Shown: positions 40,524-50,225, counted from the stretch's first letter. The stretch is DNA of 64,000 nucleotides from Polyangiaceae bacterium (GCA_035063585.1 JAPSGB010000005.1:64001-128000), one strand, 5' to 3'. Numbers and translations are program-made. Notes: a model not told the origin generated them from the sequence alone.

Positions 40524-42418
40524 TCCGGATGATCAAGCGCTCGAGCCGCGGGCGCGCTCGCCCCTCCCGCACGTCGATGAGCGCGGGCTCGCCGCGCCAA
40601 GACTCCGGCGAGCTCGGCGACTTCACGACCACGCCGAGAGTGCTCTCGATCACGCTCATCGCGCTCCCCATCGGCGTGCTGGGCACCGGGATCGCGTGGG
40701 CGCTGCTCCGTCTCATCGGCATCATCACCAACCTCATGTTCTTCGGCCGTTTCGGCACCGAGCTCTCGCCGATCCAGGACCACACGGTCGGCTCGCTCTT
40801 CGTCGTGGCGGTGCCGATCCTGGGAGGGTTGGTGGTTGGGGCGATGGCGCGCTTCGGCTCGGACAAGATCCGCGGTCACGGGATCCCGGAGGCTATCGAG
40901 GCGATCCTGATGAATGGCGCCAAGGTGTCGCCGAAGATCGCGGTCTTGAAGCCGTTGTCGTCTGCGATCGCGATCGGGACCGGCGGGCCCTTCGGCGCCG
41001 AGGGGCCCATCATCATGACCGGCGGTGCGCTCGGCTCGACCTTCGCGCAGCTCATGCAGCTGACCAATATCGAGCGGCGCACCTTGCTGGTGGCGGGCGC
41101 CGCGGCCGGGATGACGGCAGTCTTCGGCACGCCGGTGGCGGCGGTCTTGCTCGGTGTCGAGGTCCTGCTCTTCGAGTTCAAGCCGCGGAGTCTGATCCCG
41201 GTCGCGGCGGCGGCCGCGGTCGCCGCAGTGCTTCGAGACGACTGGATCGGGGTGGCGCCGCTCTTCCCGGTTCCGGCGCACGCGAACACGATTGGGCTCG
41301 GCGGTCTCGGCGGCGCGTTCGTGGTGGGGCTCTCCGCCGGGGTGGTGTCCGTGCTCTTGACGAAGTCCATCGAGCTCACCGAGCACCTGTACGCGAAGAC
41401 GCGACTCGACTGGGTGTGGTGGCCAGCGCTCGGCGGGGTCGCGGTCGGCGTCACCGGGCTCTTCTTCCCCGCCGCGCTCGGGGTCGGTTACGGGAACATT
41501 GGCGAGTTCCTGAGCGGCGCGGGTGGGTGGCACTTCATCCTCGGGATCCTGCTGGTGAAATGGCTGGTGTGGGCGCTCGCGCTCGGCTCGGGCACCTCCG
41601 GGGGCACCATCGCGCCGATCATGATGGTCGGGTGCGCGGTGGGCGCGGCCGAGTCGTCGTTCCTGCCCGATCTCGGCGCCGGGCTCTGGCCGCTGGTGGC
41701 CATGGGCGCGGTCGTCGGCGGCACCTTCCGCGCTCCCTTTACTGGCATTCTGTTCGCGTTCGAGCTGACGCACGACGTGAACGCCGTGGTCCCGCTCACC
41801 GCGGCGGTGTTCGTGAGCTTCACGGTGACCGTGCTCGCCCTCCGGCGTTCCATCTTGACTGAGAAGATCGCGCGGCGCGGCTATCATATCTCAGCCGAGT
41901 ACTCGGTCGATCCGCTGGTGATGATCCTCGTGAAGGAGGTGATGCGGACCAACGTCGTCGCGTTCCCGTCGAGCTCCTCCATCGACGAGCTCGCGCAGTC
42001 GATGTACAGCGATCACTCGCGAAACGCAGGCCAGCGGCTCTACCCGGTGCTCGACGCCGATGGGCTGCTGCGGGGCGTCATCTCCCGGTCGCACCTGCAG
42101 GCGCTCGCGGAGGACCCGGACGACGCGGCCGCGGAGCGCACGGTCGGGGACGTCGCCAGCATGGACCCCGTGGTGGCCTTCGCCGACGAGCCGCTCAAGG
42201 CGGCCGTCCAGCGCATGGCGGAGTTCGGGGTCACGCGGATGCCGGTGGTCGATCGCCGCTCGCCGAGGCGACTGCTCGGGGTGGTCTCGCTCTATGACCT
42301 CCTCGGCGTGCGGCTGCGGGACGCGCGGGGCGAGCGGGATCGTGAGCGGGTGCTCCGACTCCGGCTCTTCGCTGGCCCGCGGCAGCCGGACTCCCGGCCC
42401 GCGGTGCGAGCGTCCTAG
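40520..42418 (+). CDS. ClC chloride channel family protein with CBS domains
   Basis: GHGIP, GAEGP, GGTIAP, about 11 TM helices, C-terminal CBS pair; ATGA overlap with marR. Confidence 0.93.
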   Translation: MIRMIKRSSRGRARPSRTSMSAGSPRQDSGELGDFTTTPRVLSITLIALPIGVLGTGIAWALLRLIGIITNLMFFGRFGTELSPIQDHTVGSLFVVAVPILGGLVVGAMARFGSDKIRGHGIPEAIEAILMNGAKVSPKIAVLKPLSSAIAIGTGGPFGAEGPIIMTGGALGSTFAQLMQLTNIERRTLLVAGAAAGMTAVFGTPVAAVLLGVEVLLFEFKPRSLIPVAAAAAVAAVLRDDWIGVAPLFPVPAHANTIGLGGLGGAFVVGLSAGVVSVLLTKSIELTEHLYAKTRLDWVWWPALGGVAVGVTGLFFPAALGVGYGNIGEFLSGAGGWHFILGILLVKWLVWALALGSGTSGGTIAPIMMVGCAVGAAESSFLPDLGAGLWPLVAMGAVVGGTFRAPFTGILFAFELTHDVNAVVPLTAAVFVSFTVTVLALRRSILTEKIARRGYHISAEYSVDPLVMILVKEVMRTNVVAFPSSSSIDELAQSMYSDHSRNAGQRLYPVLDADGLLRGVISRSHLQALAEDPDDAAAERTVGDVASMDPVVAFADEPLKAAVQRMAEFGVTRMPVVDRRSPRRLLGVVSLYDLLGVRLRDARGERDRERVLRLRLFAGPRQPDSRPAVRAS

Positions 42419-42619
42419 CGGATACGCGGCGCGGACGCCCTCGTCGGCCGCGCGCCCGAACCGCTCGGTTCCGCGCCGTCCCGACACCCAAACCTCCCCG
42501 GGGGTGGCTAAAGTCTATTGCCGAACCCGCCCCGAGTGAGGTAGACCCCCGGTCCCACGAGATTGGAGCGGCAGCCGCCCGGATCCGCCAGGGCTCGGCG
42601 ATTGTCGCGAAGATCACAC

Positions 42620-42706
42620 GCGAAGGTGGCGGAACTGGCAGACGCACTAGCTTGAGGTGCTAGCGGGGTAACTCCCATGGAGGTTCAAGTCCTCTCCTTC
42701 GCACCA
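42620..42706 (+). tRNA. tRNA-Leu (anticodon GAG), CCA encoded
   Basis: GCGAAGG/CCTTCGC acceptor stem, CTAGC-TTGAGGT-GCTAG anticodon arm, long variable arm, GGTTCAAGTCC T-arm. Confidence 0.96.
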
Positions 42707-42741
42707 TCGAACCCGGGCCGGCTCGGGGCGGCTCTGCCGCC

Positions 42742-43653
42742 TCAGTCGCCCCCGGCCACGCAGCGAGCGTTATCGGGCGCCCGCGGCCCGAACGCGGCGG
42801 TGCCGTAGGCGCGCACCTCGGCGCAGTCGAGCTCGCCGTCGTGGTTCGTGTCGAGGTCGAGCGCGCCGTGGAGGCCGTCGATGCGCTCGAGCGCAAACCT
42901 CGCGGAGCCCGGCGGGTTACGCGTCTGGTACTGCGACGAGCAGAAGCCCCCGGTGGCGCCGAGCACCACCTGACGGGTGAGGTTGCTGCCGGTGCCCGCG
43001 ATTCGGGTCGCCGATTCGACGGCGCCGCTCCACTCGGCGATCGCGCGCTGCACGACGTACATCGAGCACTGACCGTCGCCGAGCACGAGCGTCACGCCCG
43101 GGTTCCCGTCGTGGTCCTGATCGTAGACCCGCGGGTCCGACGCATCCTTCGGGAGCGGCTCGATTTCCGGCTCGGTGAGCCGGAGGCCCCAGAGCTCGAT
43201 GACGCGCTGGGTGGTGTAGGCCGAGCCCGGCGCGGTGCCGCCGAGGAGCGCGACATAGCTCGTGGAGGGGATCGTCTCGACCAGGGCGAGGGGCATGGAG
43301 GTGGCGACGCCGACGATGGGCGTCTGCTCGATGAGACAGGCGCGCGAGGTGACGCGGACGACCCCGCCCGGGGACGACTCGAGCTTCGCGAGGAGCAGGG
43401 TCTCGGTGACCGACTCGAGCTCGGTCGACAACACCTTCACGCAGGTGGAGGTCTCGTTCCAGACGAGCCAGGTGCCGTCTGGCACGAGCTCGGCGCTCGC
43501 GCTCGCGTCGCGCGCGCTGGCGTCTTCGGCGACCGCCGCGTCGTGGGAGACGGGGGGGAACTCGCCTGCCGGCGGCTCGGGGGCGCTACACGCGGCGAGC
43601 GCGAGGCTCGCGAGGAGCGGCGAGGCGACGAGTCGGAGCGTTTCGCGGCTCAT
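42742..43653 (-). CDS. Hypothetical lipoprotein with Dx(D/N)xDG motifs
   Basis: Lipobox LAAC; DQDHDGNPG and DTNHDGELD; 1-nt overlap with the upstream stop. Confidence 0.8.
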   Translation of the reverse strand: MSRETLRLVASPLLASLALAACSAPEPPAGEFPPVSHDAAVAEDASARDASASAELVPDGTWLVWNETSTCVKVLSTELESVTETLLLAKLESSPGGVVRVTSRACLIEQTPIVGVATSMPLALVETIPSTSYVALLGGTAPGSAYTTQRVIELWGLRLTEPEIEPLPKDASDPRVYDQDHDGNPGVTLVLGDGQCSMYVVQRAIAEWSGAVESATRIAGTGSNLTRQVVLGATGGFCSSQYQTRNPPGSARFALERIDGLHGALDLDTNHDGELDCAEVRAYGTAAFGPRAPDNARCVAGGD

Positions 43654-45092
43654 CAGTACCTCCAAGAGATTTGCACGCCGGCGGCCAGGATGAAGCCGCC
43701 GCTCGACCATCCAGGGAAGCCGGGATTTCCGGTCTGCAGCCCCGCCGCCTCGGGCATCGGTTTGCCCGTTGCCGGGTTTCGAGTGTCATCGGGGAGCTCG
43801 TCGCAGAGCGCCGTGATGCCGTCGGTGCAGTCCGGCGGGTTCGAGCGAGCCCGCTTGGTGTGGGTGCGCGGCACGGCCGCCTGGAGCTGGCCAAAGGCGG
43901 CGAGGTCGAGCCTCATCCCCGCCACGGTGACCGCCTGGCCGAGGCCCAGCCCGAAGATCCATGTGGAATTGTCGGCGTAGTTGGTCCGGCCCGTCTGCTC
44001 GGGGGTCGGAGAGGGGCGGTAGCCGACGCCACCGCGCACGAACGAGCCGGGCGCGAGCTGCGCTTCGAGGCCGGTCGAGACGGCGACGGTGTCGTGGAAG
44101 CCCGCCAGTTGGTCGATGTCGTCGCGATACCTCGACCACTGGCTCCAGGTCGCGTCCACCGCGGCGGAGACCGCGCCCTGCGTCCACGCGGCCGAGAGCG
44201 CGAGCTGGTGCGGGAGGTGCTCCGAGACGAGGTTCATGGGCTGCGTGAACGGATACTGCGGCGTCCCCTGGAACCCGTTGATCTGGACCGTGTTGCCGCC
44301 GCGGAGCGACTGCTGGAGCTCGCCGCGCCAGGTGAACGAGGCGCGCAGGCGATCGTCGAGGAGCCGCGTCGCTGCCGAGAGCACGGGCGCCGTGTCCACG
44401 CCGTTCTCGGTGCGGACGTCGATATACTGGACCGAGTTGTTCGCCTGGCTCGGCACGAAGACGTCATTATGCGTCTTGGTCTCGATCGCGAACCTCAGGC
44501 CAGCGCCGATGGAGAGCCAGCGAACCGGGCGCACCGAGCTGCCGAGCAGGATCTGCTGGGTCGAGAGTCGCTCGCCGTAGATCGCCTGGGGAATCGAGTT
44601 CGAGAAGTATTGCTCGCGTTCGTCGGAGTAAAACGAGTTCTGATTGCCGATCCCGGTGGTCGGGATGAACGTGAGGACGCCGAGCCGCAGCCAGTCGACG
44701 CCGGCCGAGATGGTCGCGCCGACCGTGAACCCCGAGACGCCGGGCGCGCGGCTCTCGGCGCCGCGGGGGTGCAATCGGTAGCGGGACGGGACCGCGGGAG
44801 ACGACGCCCCGAGGTCCGGCAGATCATACCCGGCGGGCCGCTCGGCGAGCCGGATGGTCAGGCGGTTGACGGCACCGCTGAACCCGACCGAGAGCCCGGG
44901 GCGCCCGAAGGCCATGCCGGACGGGTTCGCGTAGATGGCGTAGCTGTCGTCGAGCAGCGCGGCGCCTGCGCCGGACATCGCAGCCGCCCGCGCCCCGGCG
45001 CCGAAGGCGCCGAACTCGTCGGCGAGCGCCGGAGCTTGCCAGAGGGAGAGCGCGGCCGTGAGCCAGGCTGCGTGGCGCGAGTGGGGCCTCAT
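43653..45092 (-). CDS. FadL/OmpP1-like outer membrane transporter
   Basis: Signal peptide, hatch-like GARAAAMSGA...YANPSGM, beta strands, terminal WRY. Confidence 0.78.
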   Translation of the reverse strand: MRPHSRHAAWLTAALSLWQAPALADEFGAFGAGARAAAMSGAGAALLDDSYAIYANPSGMAFGRPGLSVGFSGAVNRLTIRLAERPAGYDLPDLGASSPAVPSRYRLHPRGAESRAPGVSGFTVGATISAGVDWLRLGVLTFIPTTGIGNQNSFYSDEREQYFSNSIPQAIYGERLSTQQILLGSSVRPVRWLSIGAGLRFAIETKTHNDVFVPSQANNSVQYIDVRTENGVDTAPVLSAATRLLDDRLRASFTWRGELQQSLRGGNTVQINGFQGTPQYPFTQPMNLVSEHLPHQLALSAAWTQGAVSAAVDATWSQWSRYRDDIDQLAGFHDTVAVSTGLEAQLAPGSFVRGGVGYRPSPTPEQTGRTNYADNSTWIFGLGLGQAVTVAGMRLDLAAFGQLQAAVPRTHTKRARSNPPDCTDGITALCDELPDDTRNPATGKPMPEAAGLQTGNPGFPGWSSGGFILAAGVQISWRY

Positions 45093-45198
45093 GCGACGAC
45101 GCTGCTTCGGTAGCACGAGTTCGGGTCGCGGAGCGAGGCGCCCGCGCGCCCGCCAAAGGGGCTGACTCGCGAGCACGGTCGCTTGTATGCTCGGCGCC

Positions 45199-45519
45199 AT
45201 GTCGATGAAGCGGACGAAGGAGACCACCCGTAAGCGCGCGGACGACGCGGCCGGCGGGTTCTGGGAGAAGAAGGAAGCCGAGCGGACGTACTCGTGGGCG
45301 ACCGACGTCGCGTCGCAGCCCGACGAACCCTTCCTTCGCTACCAACCGACCGCCCGGTTCGACGCCGGGATGCTGGTCTTTCATGTGAAGTTTGGGAAGG
45401 GCATCGTGACCGGCGCGCTCGAGGGCAAGCTCGAGATCCTCTTCGAGGCGGGGCCGAAGACGCTGGCGTACGATCCGACCGGGCACGCGCCCGAGCACGC
45501 GACCATCCCGCCGGCTTGA
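45199..45519 (+). CDS. Small protein with a PcrA/UvrD C-terminal Tudor-like domain
   Basis: FDAGMLVFHVKFGKGIV...LEILFEAGPKTL. Start 45187 or 45199. Confidence 0.65.
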   Translation: MSMKRTKETTRKRADDAAGGFWEKKEAERTYSWATDVASQPDEPFLRYQPTARFDAGMLVFHVKFGKGIVTGALEGKLEILFEAGPKTLAYDPTGHAPEHATIPPA

Positions 45520-45583
45520 CGCTCCCGGGCGGCTCCGCGCGCGGCCTGCGCGCTTCCGCGCCGGGCCGGCCACCCCTCCCGGC

Positions 45584-46750
45584 TCAGGGAGCGGGGTGGA
45601 ACGTGCAGAAGGTCGAGCCCACGACGTGATCCGGCGCTCGCGGGAAGTCGCTCGGCATCGCCGTGAGCGGCGGCCCGCCGGCGCGGTGCGCCCAGAGGTA
45701 CTCGTAGTACATCGCTTGGGTGAGGTCCGGGTCGAGCGTATGACCGAAGCCGTGCTCGCACTCGAGCACCGTTCGCCCGTTCGTGTGGAGAAACGGGAGC
45801 GCCTTCTGGTTGGCTGAAAAGAGATCCGCGACGGTGGCGAAGTCCTTGGGGCCGCGCGACCCGTCGCCGCCGTGGGTGAGGAGCGCGCTGCCGCGATCGG
45901 CGGGGTCGAGCGCGGGCCACTTCCAGCTCATGATGAAGCCGCCCGTGATGTCGGATTGTTCGGGCGGGTCGTTCAGCCACATTCCGGACTCATGGACGGT
46001 GGCCGCGAAGAGCTTCGGGAACTTCGAGACGAGGAGGGACGTGAAGACGGCGCCCGCCGAGAACCCGAACGAGTAGAGGCGTGACCAGTCGAGATCGTAC
46101 TCGTCCTCGATACACTGCAAGATCGCTTGGAAGTAGGCGAAGTCCTTCTCGCCCGTCACGATGTCCCAGTCGAGCCCCCAGGGCGGGATGAGCTTCTGAT
46201 CGGAGGGCGTCACGATCATGAGCGGCATCGGGAACGCGTCCGGGTCGAACGGCACCCATTTCCCGAGCGGGACGTCATAGACGATCCCTTTCTGGAAGTC
46301 GGCGGGGGCTTGCAGCCAGCCGTGCCACAGGAAGAGGAGCGCCATGGGCTTCGAGGTGTCGCTCGGGAGTTGCACCAGGAAATCCCTGGTCTTGCCGTCG
46401 ACGCGGACCTTCGAGGTGCCCTCCTGGATCGGAAAGCAGGTGGCCGATACCGAGCCGGCCATACCGCCCGAGCCGCCGCTCGCGTCGCCCGCCGCGCCCC
46501 CGCTGCTCCCGCCGCTCCCACCGAGCGCGCCCGCGCTGCCGCCCGAGCTCGTCGCGGCGGCGCCCCCGCCGCTCCCCCCGAGCGCGCCGGCGCTGCCGCC
46601 GGTGCTCGCGCCGGCGGCGCCGGCCGCGCTCGGCGCGCCCGCGCCGTCACTGCCCCCGCCGGAGCAGGCAGCGAGCACGAGCGCCAGTGCGGCAAACCCG
46701 GCTCGGCCCCGGAGCGTGCGGCTGCTCACTCGGAACGCGTCTCGTTGCAT
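45584..46750 (-). CDS. Alpha/beta-hydrolase (esterase/depolymerase-like) lipoprotein
   Basis: Lipobox LAAC, Gly-rich linker, HGW, GFSAG nucleophile elbow, HGFGH. Confidence 0.8.
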   Translation of the reverse strand: MQRDAFRVSSRTLRGRAGFAALALVLAACSGGGSDGAGAPSAAGAAGASTGGSAGALGGSGGGAAATSSGGSAGALGGSGGSSGGAAGDASGGSGGMAGSVSATCFPIQEGTSKVRVDGKTRDFLVQLPSDTSKPMALLFLWHGWLQAPADFQKGIVYDVPLGKWVPFDPDAFPMPLMIVTPSDQKLIPPWGLDWDIVTGEKDFAYFQAILQCIEDEYDLDWSRLYSFGFSAGAVFTSLLVSKFPKLFAATVHESGMWLNDPPEQSDITGGFIMSWKWPALDPADRGSALLTHGGDGSRGPKDFATVADLFSANQKALPFLHTNGRTVLECEHGFGHTLDPDLTQAMYYEYLWAHRAGGPPLTAMPSDFPRAPDHVVGSTFCTFHPAP

Positions 46751-46849
46751 GGTTCGGCCTCCAGGCCGAATCTTGCCGAAATTCCGCGAGCGGTGGAACC
46801 AGTAACGAGGCTCGCGTGAAATGTTCGAGACTTGCGCGTATCCGTCCGA

Positions 46850-47540
46850 GGACCCGGCACACGAAAGAGCGCGCGAGAGGTCCATGGCATACGCCACGAC
46901 ATCACTCGGGGCGCCCGCTCGGCGGTGTACCGTCGCACGAGTTTGTGCGTCAGGAGCTCGAGCAGGAGAGCGGCGTGGTTCGCGTCGAAGGACTGGGTCG
47001 GGATCTGGCCGATGCCGATCGCGTTCTTCAGCTCGGCGATGCGAGGTTCGACTTGGGCGCGGCCGTCGTACTCGGCCGCGATCTCCTCCGCCGGAAAGTC
47101 GCGGTCGTTCGAGACGAAGACCTGGACTCCGTAGTCGAGGTGCCACGAGAGTTGCACCTGCGTGCCGGTGTCGCGGTCTCGACGGCGCACCGCCACCACG
47201 CCGTAGTCGTCGGTCCACTCGCTGCGGCGGGAAGTGACGTTCTAGACCTGCACGAGCGGCACGCCATCCGCATCCTCGTCGACGGTCTCCCATCCGCTCG
47301 CGAGCAGCAGCGTGCCGAGCAAGTCCGGCGTGAGACGCGCCTTGGTGACGAAGTACGCGCCGGTGCCAGCGAGTGCTTCGAGGATCTTGGCGCAGTCGCC
47401 GGCAGAATCGATCCGCGCCCAGACCGCGATATCCTTCGGCGCGTGGCCGACCAGACGGCTCACGTACCTGGCGAGCACAGGGGCTTGGTCGTTGCCGACC
47501 GCCCACGCCGCGCGCGCATGCGTCGGCCTCCGCAGAGGTA
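46850..47540 (-). pseudogene. IS1380-family-like transposase remnant
   Basis: ORF-track fragments 47242-47757 and 46726-47199 are in one frame split by TAG at 47242-47244. Motifs RIDSAG, YFVTK, YDGRAQVEPRIAELK, SFDANHA. Both ends appear truncated; boundaries approximate. Confidence 0.72.
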
Positions 47541-47586
47541 AAGCCGCAGCGGATGCCGTCAGGAGACACGTGGTACGAATCGTCGG

Positions 47587-48096
47587 ATGAAATTCGAGGT
47601 CCGACAGGAGACGCGGGAGGACGAAGCGGCGGTCCACGCGCTGAACGCGTCGGCGTTCGAGTCGGACGCGGAGGCGCGGCTCGTCGACGCCCTCCGCGCG
47701 GGAGGCGCGCTCACGCTGTCCCTCGTCGCGGTCGTGGACGGCAAGGTCGTCGGGCACATCGCGTTCTCACCCATCGCCGTGGAGGCCGCTGGCCGCGTCG
47801 TACCAGGCGTCGGCCTCGCGCCGATGGCCGTGGCGCCTTCGCACCAGCGCCAGGGGATCGGCGGGAGGCTCATCGAGCGCGGGCTTCAACGCCTCCGCGC
47901 TCAGGGCCACCACTTCTGCGTCGTCCTCGGGCATCCCGACTACTACCCGCGCCACGGGTTCGTTCACGCGAGCCTCCGCGGCCTCCGATGGGAGCAGGGA
48001 CACGACGAAGCGTTCTTCGTCCAAGCCTTGACTGCAGACGGGCTCAGCGGCGTCTCAGGGGTCGTCCGCTATCGACCTGAGTTCGACGCCGTGTAG
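47587..48096 (+). CDS. GNAT N-acetyltransferase (YhbS-like)
   Basis: VGHIAFSP, LAPMAVAPSHQRQGIG, VLGHPDYYPRHGF. Confidence 0.92.
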   Translation: MKFEVRQETREDEAAVHALNASAFESDAEARLVDALRAGGALTLSLVAVVDGKVVGHIAFSPIAVEAAGRVVPGVGLAPMAVAPSHQRQGIGGRLIERGLQRLRAQGHHFCVVLGHPDYYPRHGFVHASLRGLRWEQGHDEAFFVQALTADGLSGVSGVVRYRPEFDAV

Positions 48097-48293
48097 CCCC
48101 TGCACACGACCGCGAGGGTCGTGCTGCGGCCGAGTTCCTGTCAGAGGTGTCGCTCAGACGAGGACACGCGCTCAACGAATCGCTGCTTCGAGTTCCTCGG
48201 ACGAGTGGGTGGAAGGGACGCGCTCCCGATCAATGGGCGCGTAGGTGCGACCACCGATGACTCCCAGGAGGACGCCGATGTAGGCGCGCGCAG

Positions 48294-48641
48294 CTACTTC
48301 AGGTCCACGCGTCGATCGACCCGAGTGCAGTCCACGATGGAACACAGGCTGCGGCGAACGGCGAGGAAGTAGTCGAGGACGTCGTCATTGCGGACGAAGC
48401 CTCGTCCACCAAAGGAGTGGTCCCGGCCCTGCTGGGTGTAGACCACCGCATAGCCAGCGCTCTCCAGGGAGCCGAGCAGGCCGCGATTCACCCCGTTGCT
48501 GAAGATGAGGTCCGGTCGCGACACGCCGCACCGTTGCTCGATCCGCTCGGCGTTGGCGAAGTACCACCCGTAGCTAACGGCGATCCCCGTCGAGGAGGCT
48601 CGTCGACGCTCCGCGGGGAGACAAGGCTCCAGCGGTGAGTG
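48294..48641 (-). pseudogene. Possible C-terminal gene fragment
   Basis: Open frame without a convincing start (...GIAVSYGWYFANAERIEQRCGVSRPDLIFSNGVN...VDLK*). Confidence 0.3.
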
Positions 48642-48726
48642 TCAAGGTAGTTGTCGCACATGATGTGTCTACGCCGCGCTCCGGGCGGCGTCCTCCTTCC
48701 TGCGCGTCGAGCGCCCCCCGCGTCGC

Positions 48727-50007
48727 TCAGACGCGCGCGAGCGCCTGGCTGAGATCCGCGATGAGGTCGTCGGGGTGCTCGACGCCGACGCTGAGCCTCA
48801 CCATGTTCTCGCCGATCCCCATACGCGCGCGCTCGTCGGGCGGGATGTCCGAGTGGGTCATGCTCGCGGGGTGCTCGGCGAGGCTCTCGGTGCCGCCCAG
48901 GCTCACCGCGAGCCGCAAGAGCTTGAGCGCGTTCAGGAAGCGGAACGCCTCCGCCTCGCCGCCGCGCACGGTGAAGCTCACCATCCCGCCGGCTGCCAGG
49001 CACTGCTTCTCGTAGAGCGTGCGCTGCGGATCGCCCTCGCGGAGATGCCCGAGGTAGTAGACCTTCTCCACCTTCGGATGCGCCGCGAGATAGTCCGCGA
49101 CGTAGCGCGCGTTCTTCATCTGGCTCGTCATTCGGAGCTTCAGCGTCTCGAGGCTCCGGAGCAGGAGCCAGCCCGTCCACGGTCCGCTCATGGTGCCGAG
49201 GAACGTCCGCATCGCGCGGACCGGGCCCATGAGCTCGGCGCTGCCGAGACACACCCCCGCGATGACGTCGCTGTGCCCACCGATGTATTTCGTCGCCGAG
49301 TAGAGGACGAGGTCGGCGCCGTGCTCGAGCGGCCTCTGAAAGAGCGGGCCGAGGAAGGTGTTGTCCACCGCGACCAGCACGCGTCGCTCCGGGGTGGAGC
49401 GCTGCCGGGCGAAGGCCGCGGCGCCCGCGATGTCGACCAGCGCGTTGGTCGGGTTGGCTGGCGTCTCGAGGTAGACCATGCGGAGGCGGTCCGCCTTGCC
49501 GGTGGCGGCGAGCCGCGCCTCGATCTCCGCGTCGGTGGCGCCCGCCACGAACCCCACGCTCTCGATGCCGAAGCGCGCCAAGACGTGCTTGATGAGGTGG
49601 TCGCTGCCGCCGTAGATGGGCTCGCTGTGCAAGATGAGATCGCCCGGCGAGAGGAACGCGAGCAGCGTGGTGCTGATGGCCGCCATCCCCGACTCGAAGA
49701 CCGCCGCGGCCTCCGCGCCGTCCCACAGCGTGAGCCGATCTTCGAGGATCTCGAGGTCGGGGTTGTTCAGTCGCGAATAGATGAGCCCGAGCTTCTCCTC
49801 CGCGTTCGGAGCCCGGAGCCCGTACGCGAGCTCGAAGAAGCGCTTGCCCTCCTCCGCCGTCTCGAAGACGAAGGTGGAGGTCTGAAAAATCGGGATCTTG
49901 AGCGCGCCCTCGCTCAGCCTCGGATCGTAGCCGTAGCTGGTCATCAAGCTCTCCGGGCGGAGCTGCTTGCCCTCGATGAAGGCTTCCGGCTTGAGGTGTG
50001 TCTTCAT
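48727..50007 (-). CDS. PLP-dependent transsulfuration enzyme (methionine gamma-lyase/cystathionine gamma-synthase family)
   Basis: IFQTSTF, YSRLNNP, SGMAA, ETPANP, DNTF, SATKYIGGHSD, AVSLGG; GAGGAG SD before ATG 50007. Confidence 0.93.
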   Translation of the reverse strand: MKTHLKPEAFIEGKQLRPESLMTSYGYDPRLSEGALKIPIFQTSTFVFETAEEGKRFFELAYGLRAPNAEEKLGLIYSRLNNPDLEILEDRLTLWDGAEAAAVFESGMAAISTTLLAFLSPGDLILHSEPIYGGSDHLIKHVLARFGIESVGFVAGATDAEIEARLAATGKADRLRMVYLETPANPTNALVDIAGAAAFARQRSTPERRVLVAVDNTFLGPLFQRPLEHGADLVLYSATKYIGGHSDVIAGVCLGSAELMGPVRAMRTFLGTMSGPWTGWLLLRSLETLKLRMTSQMKNARYVADYLAAHPKVEKVYYLGHLREGDPQRTLYEKQCLAAGGMVSFTVRGGEAEAFRFLNALKLLRLAVSLGGTESLAEHPASMTHSDIPPDERARMGIGENMVRLSVGVEHPDDLIADLSQALARV

Positions 50008-50225
50008 GGCTCGGCTCCTCTCGTAGTTCGCCTCGCGCATGCGACCTTTGCCACGAATGTCTCCGCGCGCGAAGCCGTCACTTCGGGGGCGCCGCCGCGC
50101 TTGCCCGCGGGCGGGCCCGACCGCTAGAGTCTCCGCCGTGGTCGGTCGAGGACGATGGCTTGGGAGCTCGCCCCTCGGCTTCGTGGCGAGCAGGGGCTGC
50201 CGGTCCGGCGCGGCCGGCGGCGCGG

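Noticed and set aside
40520..42418. Fluoride exporter of the CLC-F type with a fluoride riboswitch
   Set aside because: It lacks the GNNLI and GREGT signatures, and the upstream element is a DNA palindrome.
47242..47244. Programmed readthrough of the in-frame TAG in the transposase
   Set aside because: The gene appears truncated at both ends, so a nonsense mutation in a decaying element is simpler.
42620..48700. Prophage or ICE integrated at tRNA-Leu
   Set aside because: No integrase, phage or conjugation genes, and I saw no duplicated tRNA 3' end.
50008..50225. SAM riboswitch or sigma54 promoter upstream of the transsulfuration gene
   Set aside because: No SAM-I/II core is visible, and TGGCAAAGGTCGCATGC has the wrong GG-to-GC spacing.
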